Assembly (NCBI GenBank): GCA_964452905.1
Contig: CAYVNP010000015.1
Location: 785 to 64,784, forward strand
Length of the DNA stretch: 64,000 nt
Direction: 5' to 3'
Origin: an uncultured Bacteroidales bacterium
Lineage (GTDB): Bacteria; Bacteroidota; Bacteroidia; Bacteroidales; CAYVNP01
The position numbers and the translations under genes are program-made. The stretch's first letter is position 1, and each line of letters starts with the position of its first letter. Under the pieces are notes generated by a model that was given only the letters and a program-made list of their open reading frames with translations, was not told the DNA's origin and searched no databases. Positions 28,019 through 37,833 of the stretch are shown here, piece after piece.

Positions 28019-30280
28019 TTATTGTTGTTGTCTGATCAAATTGAGAGCACAACCTGCTTTAAACCATTCGATCTGTGCGTCGTTATAGGAGTGCAGTGCA
28101 GTGATCTTATCTATTGTCCCGTCAGCATGATGAAGAACAATTGTCAATGGTTTTCCCGAAGCAAATACATTCAACCCAACAATATCAATTGAATCATGTT
28201 CTCTGATTTTTTCGTAATCTTTTTTATCAGCAAACGTTAAAGCAAGAATACCTTGTTTTTTCAGGTTTGTTTCATGTATACGAGCAAATGATTTTACAAT
28301 GACTGCTTTAACATTGAGAAAGCGTGGTTCCATTGCCGCATGTTCACGGGATGATCCTTCACCATAATTCTCATCTCCTGCAATAATCATCCCTATATCC
28401 GCAGCTTTATATGCTCGAGCTACTTTTGGGACTTCATCATATTGCCCCGATAGTTTATTGAATACCTGATTAATTTGATCATTAAAACTGTTTGTAGCGC
28501 CTATTAGTAGGTTATTTGAAATGTTATCCAGATGTCCTCTGTATTTCAGCCATGAACCTGCCATTGAAATATGGTCAGTGGTACACTTCCCTTTTACTTT
28601 AATCAATAAGGATAACCCGGAAAGATCATGACCATCCCATTCTTTGAATGGTTTCAGCAATTGCAATCTTTCAGAATCGGATTTAACATTAACGTCTATT
28701 CCTGATGCATCTAAAGCCGGCATCTGATAACCGGACATTGTTTCAGCAAAACCTTTAGGAGGCAGATCAAAGCCGGTTGGCGGATTCAATTGTATTTTTT
28801 CACCTTCTTCATTCACTAATGTGTCGGTCATCGGATTGAATGTAAGATCACCAGCAATTGTAAGAGCTGTAACGATCTCGGGCGAAGCAACAAACGCATG
28901 TGTGTTAGGATTACCATCAGCCCGTTTGGAAAAATTGCGGTTAAATGAATGGATGATCGTGTTAACCGCCTTGTTTTCCGCACCCTGACGTGCCCACTGT
29001 CCTATACATGGACCACAGGCATTGGCAAAAACCTTTGCTCCGATTGTATTAAAAATATCAATAAACCCATCTCGTTCAATGATAGACCTGATCTGTTCCG
29101 AACCGGGAGTAATTGAAAATTCTGCTTTTGCTTTAACCTTTTTACGAACGGCATCTTTCACGATAGATGCTGCACGGGAAATATCTTCATACGATGAATT
29201 CGTACAGGAACCTATCAATCCAACTTCAATTTTTTTAGGCCAGTTGTTTTTTTCAACTTCACTTTTCATCATTGAAACAGGTGTCGCACGGTCAGGAGTA
29301 AAAGGACCATTGATATACGGTTCAAGTTCTGATAAATTAATCTCGATTATTTGATCAAAATATTTTTCAGGTGAAACATAAACTTCATTATCTCCCGAAA
29401 GATAATCGCTGATAGCATCGGCTGCATCTGCAACTTGTTTTCTGCCTGTAGCCATCAAAAAATTCCGCATAGAATCATCATAACCAAAGAGTGAACATGT
29501 TGCACCTATTTCAGCTCCCATATTACAAATAGTAGCTTTGCCTGTACATGAAAGCGACCGAGCCCCTTCCCCGAAATACTCGAGGATATGCCCTGTACCA
29601 CCTTTAACCGTAAGCATTCCTGCAATCTTTAAAATTACATCTTTGGCGGAAGCCCATCCGTTCAAACTACCTGTTAGCTTAACACCAATTAGTTTAGGAA
29701 ATTTGAGTTCCCATGCCATACCTGACATAACATCAACTGCATCGGCACCTCCGACACCGACTGCTATCATGCCAAGCCCTCCTGCAGTTGGTGTATGCGA
29801 GTCTGTACCGATCATCATTCCACCGGGAAAAGCATAGTTCTCAAGTACTACCTGATGAATAATACCTGCACCCGGCTTCCAAAAGTCAATACCATATTTG
29901 TTGCAGACTGAACTCAAAAAATCATACACTTCTTTATTGGTCAATTGGGCTGAAGCAATATCTTTCTGATCCCCTAAATTTGCTTGTATCAAATGATCAG
30001 TATGAACCGAAGTAGGAACGGCTGTTCTTTTTTTTCCTGACAGCATATATTGCAATAATGCCATTTGTGCTGTAGCATCCTGCATAGCCACACGGCCAGG
30101 AGCAAAATCAACATAGTCAGAACCTCGATTAAAAACGTTTACAGCATCAACATCAAACAAATGCCCATATAATATTTTTTCACTCAATGTGAGTGGCTTA
30201 TTCAGTAATTGTTTTGCTTTTTGTATCCGTTTGGGTAAATTTTCATAAACCGTTTTAATAAGATCAAAATTAAATACCAT
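28019..30280 (-). CDS. acnA: Aconitate hydratase (mitochondrial-type, Bacteroidetes)
   Basis: [55 protein letters not shown]. Confidence 0.96.
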   Translation of the reverse strand: MVFNFDLIKTVYENLPKRIQKAKQLLNKPLTLSEKILYGHLFDVDAVNVFNRGSDYVDFAPGRVAMQDATAQMALLQYMLSGKKRTAVPTSVHTDHLIQANLGDQKDIASAQLTNKEVYDFLSSVCNKYGIDFWKPGAGIIHQVVLENYAFPGGMMIGTDSHTPTAGGLGMIAVGVGGADAVDVMSGMAWELKFPKLIGVKLTGSLNGWASAKDVILKIAGMLTVKGGTGHILEYFGEGARSLSCTGKATICNMGAEIGATCSLFGYDDSMRNFLMATGRKQVADAADAISDYLSGDNEVYVSPEKYFDQIIEINLSELEPYINGPFTPDRATPVSMMKSEVEKNNWPKKIEVGLIGSCTNSSYEDISRAASIVKDAVRKKVKAKAEFSITPGSEQIRSIIERDGFIDIFNTIGAKVFANACGPCIGQWARQGAENKAVNTIIHSFNRNFSKRADGNPNTHAFVASPEIVTALTIAGDLTFNPMTDTLVNEEGEKIQLNPPTGFDLPPKGFAETMSGYQMPALDASGIDVNVKSDSERLQLLKPFKEWDGHDLSGLSLLIKVKGKCTTDHISMAGSWLKYRGHLDNISNNLLIGATNSFNDQINQVFNKLSGQYDEVPKVARAYKAADIGMIIAGDENYGEGSSREHAAMEPRFLNVKAVIVKSFARIHETNLKKQGILALTFADKKDYEKIREHDSIDIVGLNVFASGKPLTIVLHHADGTIDKITALHSYNDAQIEWFKAGCALNLIRQQQ

Positions 30281-30343
30281 GATTAAAGTTAATTAAATTA
30301 ATATTTTATTTGTCTGTTTCTATTGTCTATTGCAGTAGGTATA

Positions 30344-30351
30344 CAAAGATA
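30344..30351 (-). promoter_or_regulatory. -7 promoter box for acnA
   Basis: TATCTTTG on the minus strand. Confidence 0.5.
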
Positions 30352-30391
30352 AAATTAATTATCAATGTAAATTATACCTGTTTAAATAAAC

Positions 30392-30424
30392 AAAAAAAAT
30401 CCCGATCTCTAATGAAATCGGGAT
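30392..30424 (-). terminator. Rho-independent terminator after rpmE2
   Basis: ATCCCGAT/ATCGGGAT stem followed by a T-run on the minus strand (A-run at 30392-30399 on plus). Confidence 0.8.
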
Positions 30425-30443
30425 GAATATAAAATTAATTTGA

Positions 30444-30740
30444 TTAAGCAGGTGATTCTACTTTTGGTTCTTCAGTTTGTTCCTTGCTGACTATATGCTT
30501 TTTATATTTGTTTTTGAATTTGTCAATTCGTCCTGCTGAGTCAACCAACTTCATCTTTCCTGTATAGAACGGATGAGAGGTGTTTGAGATTTCAAGTTTT
30601 ACAACAGGATATTCTTTTCCATCTTCCCATACAATAGTTTCTTTGGTTTTCGTAGATGATTTGGATAAAAATGCTTGTCCGTTGGACATATCTTTAAATA
30701 CAGTCAATCTGTAATCTTTAGGGTGAATATCTTTTTTCAT
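30444..30740 (-). CDS. rpmE2: 50S ribosomal protein L31 type B
   Basis: MKKDIHP...EISNTSHPFYTGK...AGRIDKF; no Zn-binding cysteines. Confidence 0.96.
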   Translation of the reverse strand: MKKDIHPKDYRLTVFKDMSNGQAFLSKSSTKTKETIVWEDGKEYPVVKLEISNTSHPFYTGKMKLVDSAGRIDKFKNKYKKHIVSKEQTEEPKVESPA

Positions 30741-30767
30741 TTTTTGTTAGTTTTAAAAACGGGACTG

Positions 30768-30775
30768 CAAAATTA
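30768..30775 (-). promoter_or_regulatory. -7 promoter box for rpmE2
   Basis: TAATTTTG(CA) on the minus strand. Confidence 0.6.
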
Positions 30776-30834
30776 ATTGATTTTTGCAAAAAAACAAATA
30801 GAATCGAAATTTTATTGAAATACAACGAAACCTA

Positions 30835-31584
30835 TTAGTCATTATTCATAAACCCTTGTTTATGGATTATTTCAAGAAATTTCTTAGAAAACGACAGATT
30901 ATCTTTGGCTGGATATCTTTTCTGTGTAAATATTTTGGCAAGATTATCTAATTTATTTTCTTCCAGCAATTTTTTAGTCAGAGGTAGTGATTCTTTTTCT
31001 GCAAAAATTTGATTGATTTTATTCATTGAATAGTCATCATATTTACCATGATGGACTATTCCATCCATCGGCAGACGATCAGTCAGTTCAGGAGATTCAT
31101 CAGGATATCCGATGACCAAAGTAGTAACAGGCACAACCCCTTTGGGACAATTAAAGAATTCTATCAGCTTATCTGCCTGATACGTGGTGGTGCCCAGATA
31201 ACAAATCCCTAAGCCAAAGTGTTCTGCAGCAAGAGCGGCGTTTTGGGCAGCTAATGTTGCATCAATCAATGCATTCGTAAACCAAAGAAAATTATCATAG
31301 CATGGTTGGGCATCTCTCTGGAAGCACCATTTGTTAAATCTGTTGATATCTGCTAAGAAAGTCAATAGTACCGGTGCCTGCAACACCATGTTTTGTTTAA
31401 AATGATATTCCCACAATTTTTTCTTTTCTTCAGTATCTCTGGTGACAATTATACTGTAGAGTTGCATATTGCCTGTGGTAGATGCTCTTGTCCCTGCTTC
31501 CAATATTTTGTTCAGAATATCATCACTAACAGGTGTATCCTTGTATTTACGAATAGAACGGTGATTAAAAATAGTTTCGAGCAT
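30835..31584 (-). CDS. Nitroreductase family protein (NfsA/NADPH-flavin oxidoreductase-like)
   Basis: HRSIRKY, ASTTGNMQLYSII, LAAQNAALAAE, GLGICYLG. Confidence 0.92.
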   Translation of the reverse strand: MLETIFNHRSIRKYKDTPVSDDILNKILEAGTRASTTGNMQLYSIIVTRDTEEKKKLWEYHFKQNMVLQAPVLLTFLADINRFNKWCFQRDAQPCYDNFLWFTNALIDATLAAQNAALAAEHFGLGICYLGTTTYQADKLIEFFNCPKGVVPVTTLVIGYPDESPELTDRLPMDGIVHHGKYDDYSMNKINQIFAEKESLPLTKKLLEENKLDNLAKIFTQKRYPAKDNLSFSKKFLEIIHKQGFMNND

Positions 31585-31610
31585 AGAACAAATATTTTAT
31601 CATTACTAAA

Positions 31611-32597
31611 TTATTGATTGGTTAATTCTGCAATCTGGTTTTCATCCAACAGGTTCATACACTTAAAATGTTTTTTAGGACAATCTTTGAACCCAAGCCG
31701 TGAACAGGGTCTGCAATTTAAACCTTTGACTTCAATGATTTCAGAATGGGTGTTTATCCCTTCAGGGAAATAAGGATACATACCAAAAGCAGGCACCGTA
31801 TTGCCCCAAATGGAAAAGATCTTTTTGTTCAACGCTGCTGCAATGTGCATAATTCCTGTATCAGGTGTAATAATGCTTTCCGCATGTTTAATAATAGAAG
31901 CTGTTTGACCGATAGTGTATATACCGCAAAGATTAACCATTTTTTCTCTGTTCGTTTTCTGAATGACTTCACCTTTTTCTCTGTCTTCCTTTCCTCCTAT
32001 CAAAACAATTGGGTTACTAATCTTTTGACAAATGGAAATCAATTTATCCACAGGCATTTGTTTGGTAGTGTGCTTACTGCCAATCATGATGGCAACAAAT
32101 TTCTGTTGATGTGAAACGGGTAGATCGGTCAATTTGAATACATCATCATCAGAATAAAAAAAGTCAAGCCCTTGCCCGTCGTTTTTAATATGAAGAAATT
32201 TGACTGTATCAAAATACCTGTCCACAATGTGTTTATCAGGTAAAATATTGATATGAAATGTGACCAGCACCCATTTTTTAAGTGTTAATTTATTAAATGA
32301 ATTGCAGGGAACACGGATAAGAAAAAACCGCAAAAGCAATGAACGAATATTCTTATGAAGATCAATGATATAATTATATTTTTCTTTTTTTAATAAAGGG
32401 ATCACTTCATTTAAACTCTTGTCAAAAGTGATCAGGCGGTCAATATAGGGATTGGAGGATAATACGTTTTTGTATTGAGATTTGGTGATAAAATGTATTT
32501 CAGCATCCGACAGTTGCTTTTTTAAACAACGGATCACAGGTGTTGTCAGCACGATGTCGCCGATTGAACTGAACCGTATAATGAGAATTTTTTTCAC
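31611..32597 (-). CDS. Glycosyltransferase family 9 (ADP-heptose:LPS heptosyltransferase-like)
   Basis: RFSSIGDIVLTTP, DTGIMHIAAA, CRPCS...CPKKHFKCM; GTG start. Confidence 0.92.
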   Translation of the reverse strand: MKKILIIRFSSIGDIVLTTPVIRCLKKQLSDAEIHFITKSQYKNVLSSNPYIDRLITFDKSLNEVIPLLKKEKYNYIIDLHKNIRSLLLRFFLIRVPCNSFNKLTLKKWVLVTFHINILPDKHIVDRYFDTVKFLHIKNDGQGLDFFYSDDDVFKLTDLPVSHQQKFVAIMIGSKHTTKQMPVDKLISICQKISNPIVLIGGKEDREKGEVIQKTNREKMVNLCGIYTIGQTASIIKHAESIITPDTGIMHIAAALNKKIFSIWGNTVPAFGMYPYFPEGINTHSEIIEVKGLNCRPCSRLGFKDCPKKHFKCMNLLDENQIAELTNQ

Positions 32598-32698
32598 AAC
32601 TATTTTTTACAAAGATAGTATAACTCATCTAACGCACAAAGTGTTTTTGAATTGAGAAGTCTATGGTAAATATCATTTGATTTGACTATTTTTACAGC

Positions 32699-33472
32699 AT
32701 GAAATTGGTTGATACTCATACTCATCTTTATCTGGAGGAATTTGATCCAGATCGTTCACAAGTCATTGATCGAGCCATAGAAAAAGGAATTGATATTTTT
32801 ATCATACCTAACATTGACAGCACTTCAATAAAAGCAATGATAGGACTTTGCAGAGAGTTCCCGAAAAATTGTTTTCCCATGATGGGCATTCATCCTTCAT
32901 CTGTGAAAGAAAATTACAAGGAAGAAACAACCATCGCAGAACAATGGCTGGAAAAAGAAAAGTTTTATGCTATCGGAGAGATCGGTATTGATCTTTACTG
33001 GGATAAAACTTTTTTAAAGGAACAGGAAATTGTTTTTAGGCAGCAGCTCGACTGTGCTGTGCAATATAAACTCCCAGCCATTATTCATATGCGCAAGTCG
33101 TTTGATGAAATTTATAAGATCATCCGTGAATATAAAAATACCGGATTGTACGGTATTTTTCATTGTTTCAGCGGGAACACAATTCAGGCAGGGCCAGTGA
33201 TTGAACTGGGTTTCAGCTTAGGTATCGGCGGTGTGGTAACGTATAAGAACTCCGGACTGGCAGCGGTAGTGCAGGAGACCGATCTGTCGCATATCGTTCT
33301 TGAAACAGATGCTCCGTTTCTTCCTCCTGTGCCGTTCAGAGGGCAGCGCAACGAAAGCGCTTTTATATTTAATATTGCTGAAAAAGTGGCAGAGATAAAA
33401 AAAATTTCTGTTGAAGAAGTGGCAGAGGTCACAACAGCCAATGCATTGAAGATTTTTAACATCCCAACTTAA
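32699..33472 (+). CDS. tatD: TatD family hydrolase/DNase
   Basis: DTHTHL, GIHP, IGEIGID, IHMR, FHCFSG, LETDAP. Confidence 0.95.
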   Translation: MKLVDTHTHLYLEEFDPDRSQVIDRAIEKGIDIFIIPNIDSTSIKAMIGLCREFPKNCFPMMGIHPSSVKENYKEETTIAEQWLEKEKFYAIGEIGIDLYWDKTFLKEQEIVFRQQLDCAVQYKLPAIIHMRKSFDEIYKIIREYKNTGLYGIFHCFSGNTIQAGPVIELGFSLGIGGVVTYKNSGLAAVVQETDLSHIVLETDAPFLPPVPFRGQRNESAFIFNIAEKVAEIKKISVEEVAEVTTANALKIFNIPT

Positions 33473-33562
33473 TTCTGACTTCTGAATATTTTAACAACCC
33501 CCTACCCCCCTTTAAAAGTGGGAATTGAATTCAACCTGACAAACTTTTCCCTTTTTACTTTT

Positions 33563-34471
33563 TTACTTCTGACTCGATCTCGGATGAAAACGAATGATAG
33601 CATCCCGTAAATATTCCCTGTCAAGATGTGTATAAATCTCGGTGGTCGTAATGGATTCATGCCCAAGCATCTCTTGAACAGCCCGCAGGTCAGCTCCTCC
33701 GTCAATAAGATGCGTGGCAAATGAATGTCGAAAGGTGTGAGGATGTATATTTTTTTTCAACCCGATTTTAACTGTCAGTGTTTTGATGATAGTAAAAATC
33801 ATGACTCGGGTTAGTTTTGAACCGCGCCTGTTCAAAAAAAGATAATCTTCATTTCCTTTTTTGATGGCAATATGTACACGTACATTTTCTAAATAAATTT
33901 TAATTTGTTTCAAAGCCATGGAACCGATCGGCACCAGCCGTTCTTTATTTCCTTTACCAATAATTTTAATAAATCCGGTTTCAAAAGAAATATTGCTGAT
34001 GCGTAAATGAATCAATTCGGAAACCCGAAGACCGCAACTGTAAAGTGTTTCAAGAATTGCTTTGTTCCTTCCCCCTTCCGGTTTGCTGAGGTCAATAGCA
34101 GAAATAAGCATATCTATCTCTTGTATGCTGAGTACATCAGGTAATTTACGACCAATCTTAGGGGATTCAAGCAATTCGGTCGGATCAGTTTTTATCATAT
34201 TCTCCAGAAGCAAATATTTGTAAAATCCTTTAATCCCAGACAGTATGCGTGATTGAGAGGCAGCGCTCATTCCGGATTGGTTGATATAATAAATAAATTC
34301 CTGTATTTGTTTTGTTTCAATGTTCTCAGGTGATACAACCAACTTGATGTGCATTAAATAGTGTGTAAGTTTTTTTATATCCCTTACATACGCTTCTATT
34401 GAATTGGGAGATAATGATCTTTCCAGTTTCAAATATAGTTCAAAACCTTTGATGCTGCTTTGCCAATCCAC
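33563..34471 (-). CDS. xerD: Site-specific tyrosine recombinase XerD
   Basis: CGLRVSE, GKGNKER, HPHTFRHSFATH, LGHESITTTEIYTH; GTG start. Confidence 0.92.
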   Translation of the reverse strand: MDWQSSIKGFELYLKLERSLSPNSIEAYVRDIKKLTHYLMHIKLVVSPENIETKQIQEFIYYINQSGMSAASQSRILSGIKGFYKYLLLENMIKTDPTELLESPKIGRKLPDVLSIQEIDMLISAIDLSKPEGGRNKAILETLYSCGLRVSELIHLRISNISFETGFIKIIGKGNKERLVPIGSMALKQIKIYLENVRVHIAIKKGNEDYLFLNRRGSKLTRVMIFTIIKTLTVKIGLKKNIHPHTFRHSFATHLIDGGADLRAVQEMLGHESITTTEIYTHLDREYLRDAIIRFHPRSSQK

Positions 34472-34483
34472 TACAGGAAAGAT

Positions 34484-34942
34484 TTATTTCGTTAAGAGAA
34501 TATCATGAAATTCAACGTTAGAATTCGTTCTTTCGCAAAGTGCAATTTTTTTTAAAAGTTTATCTTTAAAATTCCAACAGGTCATTTGGCGTAGATCTAA
34601 TTTCAGGGCTAATTCATGAGATGATACGCTTTCTCCTTTTTCACAAATTTCATAAGCCATATAAAATGCTTTTGATACAGGAAATTTACTATGGTGAAAA
34701 ATGGTATTAGCCAAAGCAGATTCTTCATTTTTGCATCGTGTACATCGTCTGGAAAAGGGTATTTTTCCTTTGCAAAAATTATCATGCTGACATTTTCTGC
34801 AAACAAATCCATTCGTCCATTTCAATCTCGACATAAATTCAACGCATTTTTGGTCATCATTAAACAGTTCATCTAAAGATTGAAGATTCATGGACATGAC
34901 AATCTTTTTTATTTCGTTTGATTTTATTTTAATCTGATTCAT
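34484..34942 (-). CDS. IS1595-transposase-like Zn-ribbon/HTH protein lacking the DDE domain
   Basis: KWTNGFVCRKC...RRCTRCKNEES...TIFHHSKFP...SSHELALKLDLRQMTCWNFK; ends before any catalytic DDE region. Confidence 0.7.
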   Translation of the reverse strand: MNQIKIKSNEIKKIVMSMNLQSLDELFNDDQKCVEFMSRLKWTNGFVCRKCQHDNFCKGKIPFSRRCTRCKNEESALANTIFHHSKFPVSKAFYMAYEICEKGESVSSHELALKLDLRQMTCWNFKDKLLKKIALCERTNSNVEFHDILLTK

Positions 34943-35071
34943 AAATAAAGCATGTTAATGAGCATGATAAGTATCATGATGGTTTACAATGTTCAAAACA
35001 AAAATAGTGATAATTTTATGCTTCATTTCATTCAAGAATTATTTTAATCTAAAAATTATTAACATTATTCC

Positions 35072-35263
35072 ATGAGTAAGATCGTTTCAATTGATACTGC
35101 TAAATGCATCGGCTGTGGCGCATGTGCTGATATGTGCCCCGAAAAAATTCTCACTGTAAATTCCGAATCGAATAAATGCGAAGTATCCAACGAACATCAA
35201 TGCGATCGCATGAAACACTGTGAATATGCTTGTTTTTATGATGCAATCCACATCGCATCCTAA
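35072..35263 (+). CDS. Small dicluster ferredoxin
   Basis: CIGCGACADMCP and CDRMKHCEYAC. Confidence 0.88.
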   Translation: MSKIVSIDTAKCIGCGACADMCPEKILTVNSESNKCEVSNEHQCDRMKHCEYACFYDAIHIAS

Positions 35264-35506
35264 TACGAAGACTTTTTATTTTTACCTTTTTCGTTTGATT
35301 TATTTGATTTGCATTTATTAATGTAAAATTCTCGTTTTGTAGAAATAGATAAAAAAACACAACTTCCACATTTAACATTTTTATTATTCAAATTAAATTT
35401 CTTTAACTTTTTTTATAATAATTAATAAAAATAGGTTGAAAATCATATTTTTTGTAATTTTTTAAAAAAAGTTGTTAAAAAATATGGGGGTGTATTAAAA
35501 AAAGTG

Positions 35507-35514
35507 TAATTTTG
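35507..35514 (+). promoter_or_regulatory. -7 promoter box for glnA
   Basis: TAATTTTG ending 42 nt upstream of the ATG. Confidence 0.55.
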
Positions 35515-35556
35515 TGTCCTCATACTTTTTAAAAAATAAACTTAAAACAAATAACT

Positions 35557-37743
35557 ATGGTAACAATTAGATTTAAAGCATTAGAAGAAACACTCTCCAG
35601 AAAGCCATTGCCTGTTGAGTATCCATCATTGAAAACATCCGATTATTACGGTGAAAATGTTTTTGATAAAAAGAAAATGGAAAAATATCTTTCAAAAGAA
35701 GCTTATAAAGCAGTTGTTAAAGCTATTGAGCAAGGTACGCGTATTGACCGTAAAATGGCGGATCAGGTTGCTGCTGGCATGAAAGCATGGGCAATTGAAA
35801 AAGGGGTTACCCATTACACCCATTGGTTTCATCCTTTAACTGAAGGTACTGCTGAAAAACATGACGCATTTATTGATCATGCGAGTAGTGGGGTATTTGA
35901 AAATTTTGAAGGTAAACAATTAGTACAAGCTGAACCGGATGCATCCAGTTTCCCAAGCGGCGGTATCCGTGCTACTTTTGAAGCTCGCGGTTATACTGCA
36001 TGGGATCCGTCTTCTCCTGCTTTTATCCTGAACGAAACATTGATCATTCCTACCATTTTTATTTCTTTTACCGGTGAATCATTAGACTATAAAACTCCTT
36101 TATTAAAAGCATTATCTGCTATCGACAAGGCAGCTGTTGATGTTTGTCAGTTCTTTGATAAAGATGTTACCAAAGTAAATGCAAACCTTGGCTGGGAACA
36201 GGAATATTTCTTAATTGATTCAGCATTGTATCAGTCAAGACCTGATCTTGTATTAACCGGAAGAACACTGATGGGACATTCATCTGCAAAAGATCAACAG
36301 TTAGAAGACCAATACTTTGCTTCCACACCTGCACGCGTTGCATCCTTTATGCGGGAATTGGAAATTGAAGCATATAAATTAGGTATTCCGTGTAAAACAA
36401 GACATAATGAAGTGGCTCCCAACCAGTATGAATTAGCTCCAATTTTTGAAGAAGCTAATCTTGCTGTTGACCACAATATGCTTGTTATGGATATCATGAG
36501 AAGAGTTGCTAAAAAACATAACTTCCAGATTTTATTCCACGAAAAACCATTTGCAGGAATCAATGGTTCAGGAAAACACAGCAACTGGTCATTATCAACC
36601 AACACTGGTGTTATACTTTACTCTCCCGGTTCAACACCAAAATTAAATTTACAATTTTTAACATTTGTTGTTAATACATTGAAAGCAGTCCATGAACATG
36701 CTGATTTACTAAGATCAAGTATAGCTTCAGCAGGGAATGAGCATCGTCTTGGCGCGAATGAAGCACCTCCTGCTATCATTTCGGCTTTCCTTGGTGATCA
36801 AATAAATAAAATGCTTGATCAGATTGAACAAACCGTTACTGATCATAAAATGACACCCGATGAAAAAACAGAACTGAAACTTGATATCGGCAGAATTCCT
36901 CAGGTATTATTAGACAACACTGACAGAAACAGAACATCTCCGTTTGCTTTCACAGGGAACCGATTTGAATTCCGAGCAGTTGGTTCAAACGCAAACTGTG
37001 CATCTGCAATGATTATACTAAATACTATTGTAGCAGATCAGCTAAAGAAATTTAAATCAGAAGTGGACAAACTGATTGATAAAGGCATGAAAAAAGATGA
37101 AGCTATTTTCCATGTTCTAAGAAGATTGATCTCTGAATCAAAAGCAATTCGTTTCGACGGAAATAACTACAGCGACGAATGGAAAAAAGAAGCTGCAAAA
37201 AGAGGTTTAAGCAATATTCCATCTTGTCCGGATGCACTCAAAGCATGGATATCTCCAAAAAGCAAGAAAGTGCTGATTGAAAACGGTATCTTTGTTGAGA
37301 GAGAAATCGAAGCTCGTTTTGAAGTAAATCTTGAAAACTACACTAAAAAAATTCAGATCGAATCAAGAGTTTTAGGTGATTTAGCTATCAATCATATCGT
37401 ACCAACTGCGATCAAATATCAAAACATTTTGATGGAAAATTGCAAGAGTATGAAAGATCTGTTTGGTGAAAAAGAATTTAAAGAACTTTCTCAAAATCGT
37501 CTTGAACTGATCAAATCAATTTCAGGTCACATCACTGCCATCAAGGATAAGGTAAACAAAATGATCGAGGAACGTAAGAAAGCGAACAAACTTGAACATG
37601 CTGAAGATAAAGCACAGGCATACGGCAAGAAAGTTAAAGATCATCTGGATGATATCAGATCACATATTGACGAACTCGAATTAGTCATCGACAATGACAT
37701 TTGGCCATTACCTAAATATCGCGAACTGTTATTCATCAATTAA
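35557..37743 (+). CDS. glnA: Glutamine synthetase type III
   Basis: THWFHPLT, EPDASSFPSGG, GWEQEYF, HNEVAPNQYE, HEKPFAGINGSGKH, RLGANEAPP, DRNRTSPFAFTGN. Confidence 0.97.
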   Translation: MVTIRFKALEETLSRKPLPVEYPSLKTSDYYGENVFDKKKMEKYLSKEAYKAVVKAIEQGTRIDRKMADQVAAGMKAWAIEKGVTHYTHWFHPLTEGTAEKHDAFIDHASSGVFENFEGKQLVQAEPDASSFPSGGIRATFEARGYTAWDPSSPAFILNETLIIPTIFISFTGESLDYKTPLLKALSAIDKAAVDVCQFFDKDVTKVNANLGWEQEYFLIDSALYQSRPDLVLTGRTLMGHSSAKDQQLEDQYFASTPARVASFMRELEIEAYKLGIPCKTRHNEVAPNQYELAPIFEEANLAVDHNMLVMDIMRRVAKKHNFQILFHEKPFAGINGSGKHSNWSLSTNTGVILYSPGSTPKLNLQFLTFVVNTLKAVHEHADLLRSSIASAGNEHRLGANEAPPAIISAFLGDQINKMLDQIEQTVTDHKMTPDEKTELKLDIGRIPQVLLDNTDRNRTSPFAFTGNRFEFRAVGSNANCASAMIILNTIVADQLKKFKSEVDKLIDKGMKKDEAIFHVLRRLISESKAIRFDGNNYSDEWKKEAAKRGLSNIPSCPDALKAWISPKSKKVLIENGIFVEREIEARFEVNLENYTKKIQIESRVLGDLAINHIVPTAIKYQNILMENCKSMKDLFGEKEFKELSQNRLELIKSISGHITAIKDKVNKMIEERKKANKLEHAEDKAQAYGKKVKDHLDDIRSHIDELELVIDNDIWPLPKYRELLFIN

Positions 37744-37761
37744 TCAATGTTTTTTTTGAAG

Positions 37762-37791
37762 AAAACCCGGAGCATTGCTTCGGGTTTTTTT
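37762..37791 (+). terminator. Rho-independent terminator after glnA
   Basis: AAAACCCGGAGC-ATT-GCTTCGGGTTTTTTT. Confidence 0.85.
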
Positions 37792-37833
37792 ATTCTATTA
37801 TCTTTGTAATCTATTATTTGAAAGTTCCCTTTC

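Noticed and set aside
34484-34942. Active IS1595 insertion sequence
   Set aside because: No DDE domain, terminal inverted repeats or target duplication found.
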